Positions 25,901 through 36,176 of a DNA stretch of 64,000 nt are shown piece after piece. The notes beneath the pieces are model-generated. The model saw only the letters and a list, made by a program, of their open reading frames with translations. It made no database searches and had not been told where the DNA came from. A program made the translations under genes and the position numbers. The DNA lies in the IMG/VR virus record IMGVR_UViG_3300050821_013430, positions 408,750 to 472,749 of that record. The stretch is one strand, 5' to 3'. The number at the start of each line of letters is the position of its first letter. Position 1 is the stretch's first letter.

Positions 25901-26565
25901 TGGGACTGAAATACTATGTGATGGATTTGGAGACGACTGGATTAAATTCAGCGTATCACGAAATTACTGAGATTAGCATTATTCGGGCTGATGACAGAAT
26001 GCAACTAACTCGTATGGTGCGTTGCGACTATCCTGAGAGGGCTAATTTAGACGCTCTGCTCATTACCAAAAAGACATTGGCTGATTTAGCGATAGGAGAT
26101 GAGAAGGGTGCGGTGGTAGAAAGAATTGACCGCTTTCTGAACGAAGATGGTTTAGAGCCCAATGGGCGTTGCTTTATTGGCCACAATGTGATTTCCTTTG
26201 ACAAGAAGTTTATTCACGCCCTTTATGAAGGACTGGGTAGGGAGTGTCCTGTTTCTTTTTGGTTGGACACTATTCATCTAACTCAAAGTTTCCTCAAAAC
26301 CGCCGATCTCTCAACTCTTCAAATCAAGAAAACGGCAACGGGAAAACCATCCAAGAAATTGCAAGACGCTTGTGATATGTTGGGAATCGAAAAGATTGCC
26401 GAAGCTCACGCATCCAAAGCAGACACTCGTAATACCTATTTACTTTGGAGAAAACTAATGGATATTGGAATTGATCATCTTCCTCATATCAAATCATTCC
26501 CGCACTGCCTCAAAGAAGACGAAGACCTGATTGATTTTGATCAGACCGATCTCGAAAGCACATGA
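25900..26565 (+). CDS. DEDDh 3'-5' exonuclease (DnaQ-like)
   Basis: DLETTG, GHNVISFD, AHASKAD. Confidence 0.9.
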   Translation: MGLKYYVMDLETTGLNSAYHEITEISIIRADDRMQLTRMVRCDYPERANLDALLITKKTLADLAIGDEKGAVVERIDRFLNEDGLEPNGRCFIGHNVISFDKKFIHALYEGLGRECPVSFWLDTIHLTQSFLKTADLSTLQIKKTATGKPSKKLQDACDMLGIEKIAEAHASKADTRNTYLLWRKLMDIGIDHLPHIKSFPHCLKEDEDLIDFDQTDLEST

Positions 26566-27212
26566 CGGTCAAGACTCTTGCCAACATCTATTTGGAAATG
26601 GAACCCCATATCAAATTGGCTGGCTCCTATACACATCAACGAAAACGGCTCCCTCTCGTTATTCGTGCTTGTAGGCTTAAGCCTTATGATTGGGTATTTG
26701 GAAAATGGAAGAGCAAATTAGCTCTACATCGACACTGGGTCGATGAATGGGGGAATAGTCTTTTATTAGTTGGTTCTCGTCTTACCAAAATCATTCCCTA
26801 TGATTTAGAATTGGATACCACTAAAATTGTAGGCACCGACCTATACGAATATCTTCCTCCTTCCAAACTCCTCAAAATCAGCAAGAACATTTTTATCTTG
26901 GCTGGCAAGGATGAAGATCAGTATTCCGATCATTTCATCGTAGCATTCTACGGGATTGACGGGTTTCTAAGAGTTCGCAGTTGTTTGCACGATCAATGGA
27001 ACATCTGCCCACCAGTGCTACTCGGAATAAAGACACTATACTCTATCGTTGATCATATTGGCGAAGAAGGTTGCAAGGAAGTACCTGCGCAGGAAACAAT
27101 TCTGTATTCCTGTGCTAAACAACAAACTTGGATTAGCGACTGCGAGTTTGGTGGGGAATTTGTCGCTACAATGAAACAGTATGCTCCAACAGTTTTGGAG
27201 TACTTATCCTAA
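26562..27212 (+). CDS. hypothetical protein
   Basis: Coupled ORF. Confidence 0.6.
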   Translation: MTVKTLANIYLEMEPHIKLAGSYTHQRKRLPLVIRACRLKPYDWVFGKWKSKLALHRHWVDEWGNSLLLVGSRLTKIIPYDLELDTTKIVGTDLYEYLPPSKLLKISKNIFILAGKDEDQYSDHFIVAFYGIDGFLRVRSCLHDQWNICPPVLLGIKTLYSIVDHIGEEGCKEVPAQETILYSCAKQQTWISDCEFGGEFVATMKQYAPTVLEYLS

Positions 27213-27221
27213 GGAGAAACG

Positions 27222-27437
27222 ATGGTTAGCAGCGAGTTAGAGTTCGATGGTGTTGTAATCAGTGATTGTAAGGGAAAATTTACTATCCAAGTGAGTGATA
27301 AATACATTGTGTTATGTACATTAAGCGGAAAAATAAGACAAAATGGTGTTCGTATCCTACCACATGATCGTGTAAAAATATCCGTCTCGGAGTATAATCC
27401 TCAAATGGGAAGAATAATTTATAGATATAAGGACTAA
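27222..27437 (+). CDS. infA: translation initiation factor IF-1
   Basis: LCTLSGKIRQNGVRILPHDRVKI..S.Y...GRIIYR; AAGGAG SD. Confidence 0.92.
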   Translation: MVSSELEFDGVVISDCKGKFTIQVSDKYIVLCTLSGKIRQNGVRILPHDRVKISVSEYNPQMGRIIYRYKD

Positions 27438-27826
27438 ACTTCCTTCTCTAAGGATTGAAGAAAAGTCATCAGCCTCTGAAAAAATTGCTCCCTACCCGAA
27501 GCAGTAGGACCCGAGGGTGTCTGGTCGATGGATTTAAATACGGATGTTCCCTCGTGCCATCCGGTTGGCCCCCACCCTTTTCGCTCACCTTTGAATCCTG
27601 GAGCGTGATAGTGCTGCTCTTTCCTGGCAATATACTTTTGCCCATCTACTTCAAATTCTTTCATCGCGCCATAAGGCTCATTATGAAGTTCTTTCCATAG
27701 TCTCATCGCATTTTGCTGCACTCCCTCGGTATTTTCCGAGCCGGAAAGGGGTCGATATCCTGCAGGAGGAACTCCTGGTTGGTAGCCTGGTAAATGTGGA
27801 ACGGATGGGGGCGGAGGGGTTGTCAT
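27434..27826 (-). CDS. hypothetical protein
   Basis: ORF preceded by ATATTCCAGCAT. Confidence 0.65.
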   Translation of the reverse strand: MTTPPPPSVPHLPGYQPGVPPAGYRPLSGSENTEGVQQNAMRLWKELHNEPYGAMKEFEVDGQKYIARKEQHYHAPGFKGERKGWGPTGWHEGTSVFKSIDQTPSGPTASGREQFFQRLMTFLQSLEKEV

Positions 27827-27869
27827 TGGGGACGAGAGTGGATATATTGATGCTGGAATATTGAGGTGA

Positions 27870-28889
27870 ATGATAATGATTACAAATGGTTTATGCTTCG
27901 ACGATGTGCTACTTATTCCCCGTTATTCGGAAATCAAATCTCGTGCTGATGTCAGCACTATAGTCAAGTTATGCAAAGGATTTAGTTTCAGTTCTCCGGT
28001 AGTGCCAAGTAATATGCGCACCATTACTGGGCTGGAAATGGCTTACCAGATCTACGCTCAGGAAGGCCTTGGCATTGTTCATCGGTTTATGCCAATCACC
28101 GACCAACTCAGAATAGCCAGGGAACTGAGTCACGCTCTCAAATTCATCGGCTTCTCGGTTGGGGTCAAGGAAGATGATTATGAATGCGTGGATCGGTTTG
28201 TCGGAGCCGGAGTCCAAATCCTATGTGTTGATGTGGCCCACGGTCATTCACTAATGTGCGGCGAGATTGTCAAGTACATCGCCAGTAAATATCCTGATGT
28301 CTTATTGATTGCTGGCAACGTTGCCACTGGAGATGGGGCGGGCTTCTTGTGGCGAGCGGGGGCTGACATAGTAAAGGCTGGAATTGGAAATGGTTCAATT
28401 TGTACCACTCGTATCGCTACCGGCAATGGCGTACCACTGCTCTCTACCCTAATGGAAATCAAAAGTGAGAAAGGCTTCTTCGAGAAAGAGTTGGATCGCT
28501 CACTCTACATTATGGCCGATGGTGGGGCTAAAAACTCTGGTGATTTGGTCAAAGGACTTTGTTTTGCGGATATGGTGATGAGCGGCAATCTATTCGCCGG
28601 ATGCGAAGAAACTCCTGGTGATACCATTGAACTTGGTGGCAAACTCTACAAGAAGTACGAAGGCAGTTCTACCCACAAAACTAACCACATCGAAGGGGTA
28701 AAGTCTGTTATGCCTCTTCGACCTAAGGTTGGAGAAGTGATGGGCACGCTCTTAGAAGGAATTAGAAGCGGATGTTCCTATCAAAGCGTTGATAGTGTAA
28801 AGAAACTGCAAGACAATCCTAAGTTTGTTCGCCAAACCGGATTAGGTTTCAGGGAAAGCGGGGCACACGACGTGCAGGTGATTGACTGA
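27870..28889 (+). CDS. IMP dehydrogenase / GMP reductase family, no CBS domains
   Basis: [36 protein letters not shown]. Confidence 0.9.
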   Translation: MIMITNGLCFDDVLLIPRYSEIKSRADVSTIVKLCKGFSFSSPVVPSNMRTITGLEMAYQIYAQEGLGIVHRFMPITDQLRIARELSHALKFIGFSVGVKEDDYECVDRFVGAGVQILCVDVAHGHSLMCGEIVKYIASKYPDVLLIAGNVATGDGAGFLWRAGADIVKAGIGNGSICTTRIATGNGVPLLSTLMEIKSEKGFFEKELDRSLYIMADGGAKNSGDLVKGLCFADMVMSGNLFAGCEETPGDTIELGGKLYKKYEGSSTHKTNHIEGVKSVMPLRPKVGEVMGTLLEGIRSGCSYQSVDSVKKLQDNPKFVRQTGLGFRESGAHDVQVID

Positions 28890-29746
28890 TGATGCAAAAC
28901 AAAGAAGAACATAATTATCTCGATATGCTTCGGCATATTTTAGAGCAGGGAGAAAAACGCCAAGATCGGACTGGTATTGGAACGCTAAGTGTCTTCGGAA
29001 CACAACTTCGTTTCTCGTTGGAGGACAATGTTGTACCAATGCTGACTACCAAGAAGATGTTTGCTCGTGGCGTTATTGAGGAATTACTCTTCTTCCTTCG
29101 CGGTGATACGGATACCAAAAAGTTGGAAGCCAAAGGAGTCAATATTTGGAAAGGCAATACTAGTCGGGAATTTCAGGAAAAACAAGGCTTGGTTTGGCTA
29201 AGAGAAGGGGAAATGGGAAAGGGCTACGGATGGGAATGGAGACGCTTCGGTACTGAGTTGCATTCAGTAGATCAGGTGAAAGAAGTTTTGATCTCGCTGA
29301 AAGAAAATCCATATGGCCGAAGACACATCATTACTGCCTGGAATCCTTGTGATTTGCGAGCAACAGTTCTGCCCCCTTGCCATACATTCTATCAGTTCTA
29401 TGTTAGCGATGGCAAATTGAGTTGCCAATTCTATATGCGCAGCGTTGATACTTTCCTCGGCTTACCATTCAATATCCTAAGTTATGCTTGCCTGACTCGA
29501 ATCATAGCTCAAACCGTTGGACTAGGAACAAAAGAATTGGTATTCACCGGAGGCGATACTCACCTCTATTTCAATCATATTGAACAGGTGAAAGAGCAAT
29601 TAGGGCGAGAGCCATATGAGTTCCCAAAGATGACGATTGGTAGGGCCACATCTTCGATAGAAGACATCGAAGCCTTGCAGTTCGAGGATTTTGAGATTAC
29701 AGGATACAAGAGTCATCCGACAATCAAGGCGGAGATGGCAATATAG
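28889..29746 (+). CDS. thyA: thymidylate synthase
   Basis: DRTGIGT, LPPCH, YMRSVD..LGLPFN, GDTHLY. Confidence 0.97.
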   Translation: MMQNKEEHNYLDMLRHILEQGEKRQDRTGIGTLSVFGTQLRFSLEDNVVPMLTTKKMFARGVIEELLFFLRGDTDTKKLEAKGVNIWKGNTSREFQEKQGLVWLREGEMGKGYGWEWRRFGTELHSVDQVKEVLISLKENPYGRRHIITAWNPCDLRATVLPPCHTFYQFYVSDGKLSCQFYMRSVDTFLGLPFNILSYACLTRIIAQTVGLGTKELVFTGGDTHLYFNHIEQVKEQLGREPYEFPKMTIGRATSSIEDIEALQFEDFEITGYKSHPTIKAEMAI

Positions 29747-29754
29747 GAAAGACA

Positions 29755-30276
29755 ATGAACAATATCAAGATGATTGCTGCAGTAAGTAGCAACGGAGTTA
29801 TTGGCAAGAACAACTCCCTTCCTTTTCATTACACCGCCGATATGAAACACTTTCGGAAAATGACCGCCAACTCAACGGTAATTATGGGTAAGAATACTTT
29901 TCAGAGTATGGGAAGCAAGCCGCTCCCTGGTCGTCGTAATATCATCGTTTCAACCACACTTGATCTGGTAAAAGGGATTGAAATTTTTCCCACCACACCA
30001 ACTGCTATCTATGCCGCAAACTATCCTTACGGAGAATCTTTGGTAGCACCTTGCTACACTTATGCAGAAGATAAATGGTTCATCGGAGGCGCCTCCATTT
30101 ATGCTGACGGAATGTCAGTGGCAGATGAAATCTATCTCACCATCACACCTGATATTATTGAAGGGAAAGATTTGGTTCGATTTCCCTGGATCAATCCTCA
30201 GATATTCTCCGTCGCAAGCACCGAAAAGTTTCCCGATGATGATCGATTAACGCTGGTGAGATATGTTCGTCAATAG
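29755..30276 (+). CDS. folA: dihydrofolate reductase
   Basis: GVIG..NSLP, DMKHFR, IMGKNT, PLPGRRN, IGGASIY. Confidence 0.95.
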   Translation: MNNIKMIAAVSSNGVIGKNNSLPFHYTADMKHFRKMTANSTVIMGKNTFQSMGSKPLPGRRNIIVSTTLDLVKGIEIFPTTPTAIYAANYPYGESLVAPCYTYAEDKWFIGGASIYADGMSVADEIYLTITPDIIEGKDLVRFPWINPQIFSVASTEKFPDDDRLTLVRYVRQ

Positions 30277-30975
30277 TTGATAGGCTAAGCAAGCCTTGTT
30301 GAGAATGCGTGCCTTGGTTGCCGCAGTGCGCTTGGCCAAGTGCTCCTGCATACTCCATTGTTCCGCCTTCTCCTTTGCGCCAGGAAGCCACATCTTGGCG
30401 TCCTTACCAGGAGTAGTATAGGCTGGGACTGGGATGAAACGAGCCGGATCAACCCACCCACCATTGACCATCACACCGAAGTGTAGATGAGGCCAGGTAA
30501 CATTAGCGTCGCCCGTGTTGCCCACGGTGCCAATAACTGTATTGGTATCCACCGGCTGTCCCTTCTGGACTGCCACGGAACCTAAATGAGCGTAATATGC
30601 TTTGATGCCACCGGGGTGTTGGGTGAAAACCACGTTACCACCCTTTGGGTCTGTTCCAACGGAGCTAACAACACCAGAACCAAATCCATAGACCAATGAG
30701 CCACCTGCCACACGCAAATCCGCCCCAATATGACCATGAGGGTGCCTAGGATCAGTGGCGGTAGTCGAGAAACCGCCGCTGGACTCATAGGAACCGTGGA
30801 TAGGGCTCTGGAACCTTGTTTGCTGCTCCGTCTTTGAGCCAGGAACGCCTGGTGAAGGGGTCTCTGGGGCAGAGGGTAGGGCATCGTCCAAAGCCTTTGT
30901 AGCACCTCCTGGGCCGAAGAGTTGTTTCAATTCTGAGAATAGGCTTTCTACTTCCTTGAAATCGATATCATCCAT
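30247..30975 (-). CDS. M23 family metalloendopeptidase
   Basis: HIGAD, YYAHL, GTVGNTG, PHLHF. Confidence 0.9.
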   Translation of the reverse strand: MDDIDFKEVESLFSELKQLFGPGGATKALDDALPSAPETPSPGVPGSKTEQQTRFQSPIHGSYESSGGFSTTATDPRHPHGHIGADLRVAGGSLVYGFGSGVVSSVGTDPKGGNVVFTQHPGGIKAYYAHLGSVAVQKGQPVDTNTVIGTVGNTGDANVTWPHLHFGVMVNGGWVDPARFIPVPAYTTPGKDAKMWLPGAKEKAEQWSMQEHLAKRTAATKARILNKACLAYQLLTNISHQR

Positions 30976-31009
30976 CGGTGAAATGCAAAAGTATCGATAG
31001 AGAGCGCGC

Positions 31010-31528
31010 TTATTCTACTTGTGTAGGCTTAGGTTCGTTGTAGAAATATACCGAAGTTCCCGTCTCTACGAATTGGGTCTTCAATACTTCCGTCAATTGA
31101 GGCATAGCCTCTACTACCATCGCACTGACATGAACGGATGCTTTCTCTGCCTTGGCGAGATCGGCCACCTTCTTGAGACAAGAGGTAAATGCCTTCTCAT
31201 CCAAAGTTCCGTCCGCATTATACATCAAGCAGTGCACCAACCAAGTATCACTCTGTACTAGGGTGGTTTTGATATTACCTAACTTGAAACCAACACCCTC
31301 GGCTCTCCAGCCTTTGGCTTCGGAGCGGCTCTGTTTCCATTTTCGTTCCAGTGTCTTATAGAGCGGAAATTGAGCCAGATCATACTTGACATCCTTTTGA
31401 GGCTCGCCCATTGGCACCATAATCAATCGTAGTCCTGATAGTTCAGGCTGCAAAATCGAACCCTCTACCACCTTGGTCTTACCGTACTGCACAAAGGGGT
31501 TCTTCTTCATTTCGTTAGTCTTATCCAT
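31010..31528 (-). CDS. divergent macro-domain-like protein
   Basis: KVVEGSILQP, FKLGNI..TLV, CLKKVA..AK...ASVH pattern. Confidence 0.5.
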   Translation of the reverse strand: MDKTNEMKKNPFVQYGKTKVVEGSILQPELSGLRLIMVPMGEPQKDVKYDLAQFPLYKTLERKWKQSRSEAKGWRAEGVGFKLGNIKTTLVQSDTWLVHCLMYNADGTLDEKAFTSCLKKVADLAKAEKASVHVSAMVVEAMPQLTEVLKTQFVETGTSVYFYNEPKPTQVE

Positions 31529-31568
31529 AATATTTGGCCTTTCTTATTTGGTTGCCATACTTCTTATA

Positions 31569-32186
31569 TCAGTCCATCAAACGATTTTTGATCCAATCGA
31601 CATGGGCTTGTAGTTTTTTCTCGCTATCCATTTTATTCAACTCAAATTGAAAGGTCTCAAAACCGTGATAGACGCCTGCAGCCACATTCTCCGGCAAATC
31701 ATCAAAATATAAACTGCCCTTGAACTCAGGGTGATCCCAGAGAAAAGACTGGTAATACAAATGATTTGGCTTACGGGCTCCCACGAAACAGGAAAAATGT
31801 TTGATACCCCACTGATAAAACTTTTCTTCTTGCCACTGAATATCAATTAGTTTGGCATGTTCCAATCCAATGTTAGACAATAGCGCAACTTGTACGCCCT
31901 GTGCGGAAAGGTCTCGCAGCAACTGCATCATTATTGGCTCAGATTTAACAGCCTGATCCCATTCATACATTACTTCATCAATTAGTGCCTCAGAATGTAT
32001 CTTGAAATGATCTCGAAGTTCATCGGCAAGGCTGGTCATCCCGAGGTCATGTAGTTTTTGATTTCGATTGATGAAAGCATTAGCCTCTTTAACGGTGATA
32101 TTCAATTGTTTAGAAAGTAGATAGGCCAATGGCTCAAAACTACAATGGCATAGCACATTTCCAATATCGAAACAAACCTTGTTCAT
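31569..32186 (-). CDS. HAD-family phosphatase (YihX-like)
   Basis: FDIGNVL, LLSN, RKP, FDDLPENV. Confidence 0.88.
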   Translation of the reverse strand: MNKVCFDIGNVLCHCSFEPLAYLLSKQLNITVKEANAFINRNQKLHDLGMTSLADELRDHFKIHSEALIDEVMYEWDQAVKSEPIMMQLLRDLSAQGVQVALLSNIGLEHAKLIDIQWQEEKFYQWGIKHFSCFVGARKPNHLYYQSFLWDHPEFKGSLYFDDLPENVAAGVYHGFETFQFELNKMDSEKKLQAHVDWIKNRLMD

Positions 32187-33151
32187 AGTAATCCCTCGTG
32201 TAAGTATCCTACTTTGTAGTTATGAACGGGCGACCCCATCTTCGGTAATTTGATAGGTCGGGTCGGATCATAAACCACCTTACCCAAGTTATTCTTTTCA
32301 GTTAGAATGCCATTGAAAATGGAATTAGCGCTCGTAAAGTTGGGGAAAATCAAAGAGGGCTTACCGTTGTAAAATGCATCGGCAAGTAAATCTTCTTCTC
32401 CTTGACTTACCATCGCTTGACAATTGGCCACGTTGCAGGCATATTCAATAGTGTTATCTAAATCTTTCATAGTAGGAGCAGAGAGTTGTTCCGAAGATTG
32501 GATGCCAAAAAATACCGAGTCGCCAGCCCGTTTCAGATAGTGCAGTAATTTCTTGTTGTTATTCAGACTTGCCCCAACCAAATTATGTTGGCAGGGTACC
32601 GCTATACTTCCTTTATAGTGATAGGGACGAATCCAGTCACATTTACTTCTAAGAGGGAATGGGCTAGCAGTATCACAAAAATGAGAATAGACAAGACCAC
32701 GGTCAGCATTATTTATCGCGTTGAGGATCAATTGGTTTTCATCACGAGAGAATAATTTCCTGTACCTACCCACATAGGATTGTATCGGATGTTCTTGACT
32801 ATGACTTGTTTCAACCGCGTGATAGAGGAGAAAAGAACCAATAAACCAAAAGGGAATATTGAGAGCACTAGCGACGTGGGCAGTAAAAATTTCCATATCA
32901 CTGATGATTAGATCGGGGGCAAAGTATTTGATTTGATCAGCGTAAATGCTTAGATTTTCACTATCGAAAGGACGCTTCGGGAGCCCTGTTGGATCGAGTA
33001 AGGCGTCCAATGTCCAATCTAAGGAAATGTAGGGAATTGATTTTCTATACCCGGCAATTTTGATGATATGCTTTTGATCTATCGCTCCCAAAAAACGCAG
33101 TAATCTAATGGCCGAATCAGATGAGTTATTGGCTGCGTAGATGATTTTCAT
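32183..33151 (-). CDS. GT-B glycosyltransferase-like (MJ1255-type), divergent
   Basis: MKIIYA, FAPDLIISDME, GKPSLIFP. Confidence 0.6.
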   Translation of the reverse strand: MKIIYAANNSSDSAIRLLRFLGAIDQKHIIKIAGYRKSIPYISLDWTLDALLDPTGLPKRPFDSENLSIYADQIKYFAPDLIISDMEIFTAHVASALNIPFWFIGSFLLYHAVETSHSQEHPIQSYVGRYRKLFSRDENQLILNAINNADRGLVYSHFCDTASPFPLRSKCDWIRPYHYKGSIAVPCQHNLVGASLNNNKKLLHYLKRAGDSVFFGIQSSEQLSAPTMKDLDNTIEYACNVANCQAMVSQGEEDLLADAFYNGKPSLIFPNFTSANSIFNGILTEKNNLGKVVYDPTRPIKLPKMGSPVHNYKVGYLHEGLL

Positions 33152-33745
33152 TTAGCCAGTTTTGAGAAGTGATTGGAAAGTAGAGATCTGCTTACGAAAC
33201 ACTTGCATCGTAACTTTGGTATCTGCTTCGGCACTATGGGCCTTTTCATTTTTGAGTGCATATTTTTTGACCAAATTACGAAGGCTATATCCTTCGCTTT
33301 CCTGCTCTCTTACAAGATCAAGAAACAATTCTATGCCCATCGTATCAAGGCTATACTTCCTGCTAAATGGGAAAGTTTCAAGCGTGCCGCATTTTTCCCA
33401 AAGAGCCTCCAGCATTCCCTTGTCGAATGGAACGTTCTGACCCACCAACATTCTTAGATCGGAAGGACATCCGTCGTTCATAATCCAATTTTCAATCTCT
33501 ACCAATACTTGGGATGGATCTCGATATTTTTCGCGGCCTTCCTTGGTTAGGCCTTTCAAATCCTCAATTTTCAACCCATTGACCCGGAGCGCGTCGGTAG
33601 AAATGGCCGCAAAATTGAGAGGTCTAAGAAACCAAGTTCGCTGCTCATCAGTAGAGAGGCGATAGATAGAAATTTCTACTGGGGAATGTACAGGGGCAAG
33701 GAGGCCCGTGGTCTCGCAATCGCAAACATATAATTCGTATTTCAT
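33152..33745 (-). CDS. DEDDh 3'-5' exonuclease
   Basis: DCETTG, GQNVPFD, AHSAEAD. Confidence 0.9.
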   Translation of the reverse strand: MKYELYVCDCETTGLLAPVHSPVEISIYRLSTDEQRTWFLRPLNFAAISTDALRVNGLKIEDLKGLTKEGREKYRDPSQVLVEIENWIMNDGCPSDLRMLVGQNVPFDKGMLEALWEKCGTLETFPFSRKYSLDTMGIELFLDLVREQESEGYSLRNLVKKYALKNEKAHSAEADTKVTMQVFRKQISTFQSLLKTG

Positions 33746-34071
33746 TCTGTTTCTTCCTTATCATCAAATCTAATAGCATACATACAAAATCCATCCGCCC
33801 TGTAAATATGATGAAATTCATCAGCATCGGGCAGTGCTTTCAGTAACGCATCCTTGGCAGATGCCGCTGCTTTGGGAGCCAGAAAGCCTGGAATGATGCG
33901 CGTATTCTTGTTCTTACGCACATCAAATGAATACACAACAATTTGACCACTCACGTTGCTGTAAGCAATTGTGGGTCCTTTATCGTGAGATTTGTAGGGG
34001 CCGAGGACGACCATAGCACCAACGGGTAATTCTTCTTTGATTTCGAGCAGAGGTTCTTTTTTCATCCTCAA
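33742..34071 (-). CDS. hypothetical protein
   Basis: Coupled ORF. Confidence 0.55.
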   Translation of the reverse strand: MRMKKEPLLEIKEELPVGAMVVLGPYKSHDKGPTIAYSNVSGQIVVYSFDVRKNKNTRIIPGFLAPKAAASAKDALLKALPDADEFHHIYRADGFCMYAIRFDDKEETE

Positions 34072-34096
34072 AAGGATAATTACGAGACGAACACTG

Positions 34097-34441
34097 TCAA
34101 GTGATGGCTTTCAATTTCTTTTTGACTGACAATTTCAGTGAATTGAATGATTTGTCACCGGCCTTGTATTGTTTGATCAGAAAATTGACACCCTCCACCG
34201 AACGAAGAAACTCTCGCTCCTTCTTATTCAATTTGCTTCCTTCAATTGTTAGCATTAGTTTAGTATTCTCGAAGATTTTCCATCGATCTCCTTTACCCGG
34301 TAAATTGATATGTTTTACCCTAACGACTGGCAGCACAATATCATCATCTTCGTGGTACAGATCGTACTCGTATTTACTGAATGTATGACGTACGCTTTGT
34401 TCTTTACCGTCTTGACCTAAATAATCCTTTTCATTCGCCAT
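34097..34441 (-). CDS. hypothetical protein
   Basis: AAGGA SD. Confidence 0.65.
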   Translation of the reverse strand: MANEKDYLGQDGKEQSVRHTFSKYEYDLYHEDDDIVLPVVRVKHINLPGKGDRWKIFENTKLMLTIEGSKLNKKEREFLRSVEGVNFLIKQYKAGDKSFNSLKLSVKKKLKAIT

Positions 34442-34454
34442 TTTGTTCCTTCAT

Positions 34455-35672
34455 TTATTTGCATACCGCATCACCAACAATCGCTCCCGAAATTGCAGCC
34501 GCAAGTATTCCGATCACGCCCATACTCTCTCCCGCCACATACAGCCCTTCCACCTCAGTGCAGAGATTATTGTCCAAATTTATTTTGGAAGGTAATGGAA
34601 CTAAGGTGGGAACGTGAAAATACGCTTTATTCAGCAGGTCTGGAATAACATTAGATAAATCCTGCATATCTTGTCCTAACCAGTTATACTCCGGTATGAT
34701 GGAAATTCTACTTTTACCATTGACTAAAGTTGAAACTCTTTCTTTTACGATACGATCATTGGATAGGATAAAGGTTAGTTTCCCAATCCTGTCTGTTTGC
34801 TCAAATCCGCAGTCTGCCGTTGGAATATCTCGGATGAAAGAAAAGGAAACCTTATCCGTCTTCCATCGCCCCTCATTAGAGCGGAAGGCTGAAATTGCCA
34901 TATCCACATGGTCTTCAGGAATAATTGTTCCATTCCAACATAATGGGCCCACCTCTATATTCTCCTTAGATAGGGTACAATTAGACTTATTGAAATCCTT
35001 GAGAGTAGTGGCGGGCATCTCTATTCTTACTCCAAACTTAGCGAATCGATTATCCTCAACAATCCCAAAATTGGTAAACAATTGATGCGCCCATCGCCAG
35101 CCACTGCGACCTACCGCTATTACCACTTTCTTAGCCTTATACTCACCTTCCTGAGTTTGGATGAGAAAGTTGTTTTTAGTTTTAGTAACGGCAAAAACCT
35201 CATTGTCAAAACTAAAAGTCAGGTTCTTATTAGTCTCTAATTTATTAGAGATAAACTTGGAAAGTGCGTGAATTTCTTTTGGGTATAACTGCACGTAATT
35301 ATTGAGTTGTATTTTTAGACCATTCTTCTTAGCTCTTTTTTCAGCGGCGGGGGCTGGGGAACGATCTTTGGTCGTCTCAAAATCAGAGACATTCCTGAAA
35401 ACTTCGGTAACCCAATTATTGGAAGTTTTGGCTTTTTTACTTCCTACTAACTGATCAACTTTTTTCGTATCGGTCAGATAGATTTTACCGTCTCCATTGA
35501 TAAGACAGCCTAGCCACCCAGAAATTTGCGACCTTCGTTTTTGCGGCGGTCTCCCTAACTCAAATCCTATAACTTTTGCATCCTTGTATTTTTCAGTAAT
35601 CTTGTGCAGAGCAAAAGCCCCGGCAATTCCTAAACCAAGTACGGCAATATCGTGACAACCATTTTTACTCAT
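34455..35672 (-). CDS. FAD-dependent oxidoreductase
   Basis: GLGIAG Rossmann motif, AVGRSG, GLYVAGE..G..GI..AA.SG. Confidence 0.85.
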   Translation of the reverse strand: MSKNGCHDIAVLGLGIAGAFALHKITEKYKDAKVIGFELGRPPQKRRSQISGWLGCLINGDGKIYLTDTKKVDQLVGSKKAKTSNNWVTEVFRNVSDFETTKDRSPAPAAEKRAKKNGLKIQLNNYVQLYPKEIHALSKFISNKLETNKNLTFSFDNEVFAVTKTKNNFLIQTQEGEYKAKKVVIAVGRSGWRWAHQLFTNFGIVEDNRFAKFGVRIEMPATTLKDFNKSNCTLSKENIEVGPLCWNGTIIPEDHVDMAISAFRSNEGRWKTDKVSFSFIRDIPTADCGFEQTDRIGKLTFILSNDRIVKERVSTLVNGKSRISIIPEYNWLGQDMQDLSNVIPDLLNKAYFHVPTLVPLPSKINLDNNLCTEVEGLYVAGESMGVIGILAAAISGAIVGDAVCK

Positions 35673-35787
35673 TTATGTCCTTGAAAAGATGAACTGTCTC
35701 TGCTATATCGGTAGTTATGAAAGAATTTGATGTCAACATGAAAATGTTGAGAGACGGTGATATAGAGAGGCGAAACAGGAGAAAACA

Positions 35788-36135
35788 ATGCCTACGATTA
35801 AAGTACCCCAAAACGTTCAACTACTCGATCTTTCCGATCAACCAGTTCTAAACCAGGATGGCGTTCCCGTGCAGATTGATTTCGCCAAGTCTTTCCTACT
35901 GAATACAGTGTTAAATGACGCCAAATTCGGTTCCAACCTGAAATCCCTCTATGTTGCTATCGATCTAGCCAAGGCTTTCGAGAAATCAGAGCCTGGTAGT
36001 GAGGTTCTAATTAGCCAAGATGGCTGGGAAAAACTGAAGGAAGTAGTGAGCGAGCCCTCCGCAGCGTACAACGTCACTGTTATGAGGCAGGCGAAATCGT
36101 TTTTTGATGCTATTATGAACCCTGAGAAGAAGTAA
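35788..36135 (+). CDS. hypothetical protein at the start of the fibre cluster
   Basis: AGGAG SD. Confidence 0.65.
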   Translation: MPTIKVPQNVQLLDLSDQPVLNQDGVPVQIDFAKSFLLNTVLNDAKFGSNLKSLYVAIDLAKAFEKSEPGSEVLISQDGWEKLKEVVSEPSAAYNVTVMRQAKSFFDAIMNPEKK

Positions 36136-36176
36136 GATCCTTATTTAGGGGTGGGTAGTATTCCCGCATATTCAAT

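Noticed and set aside
23095-30276. Modified-base pathway (e.g. 2-aminoadenine or hydroxymethyl-pyrimidine)
   Set aside because: ThyA has the canonical PFN motif and no PurZ or hydroxymethylase is visible; an HD hydrolase alone is not diagnostic.
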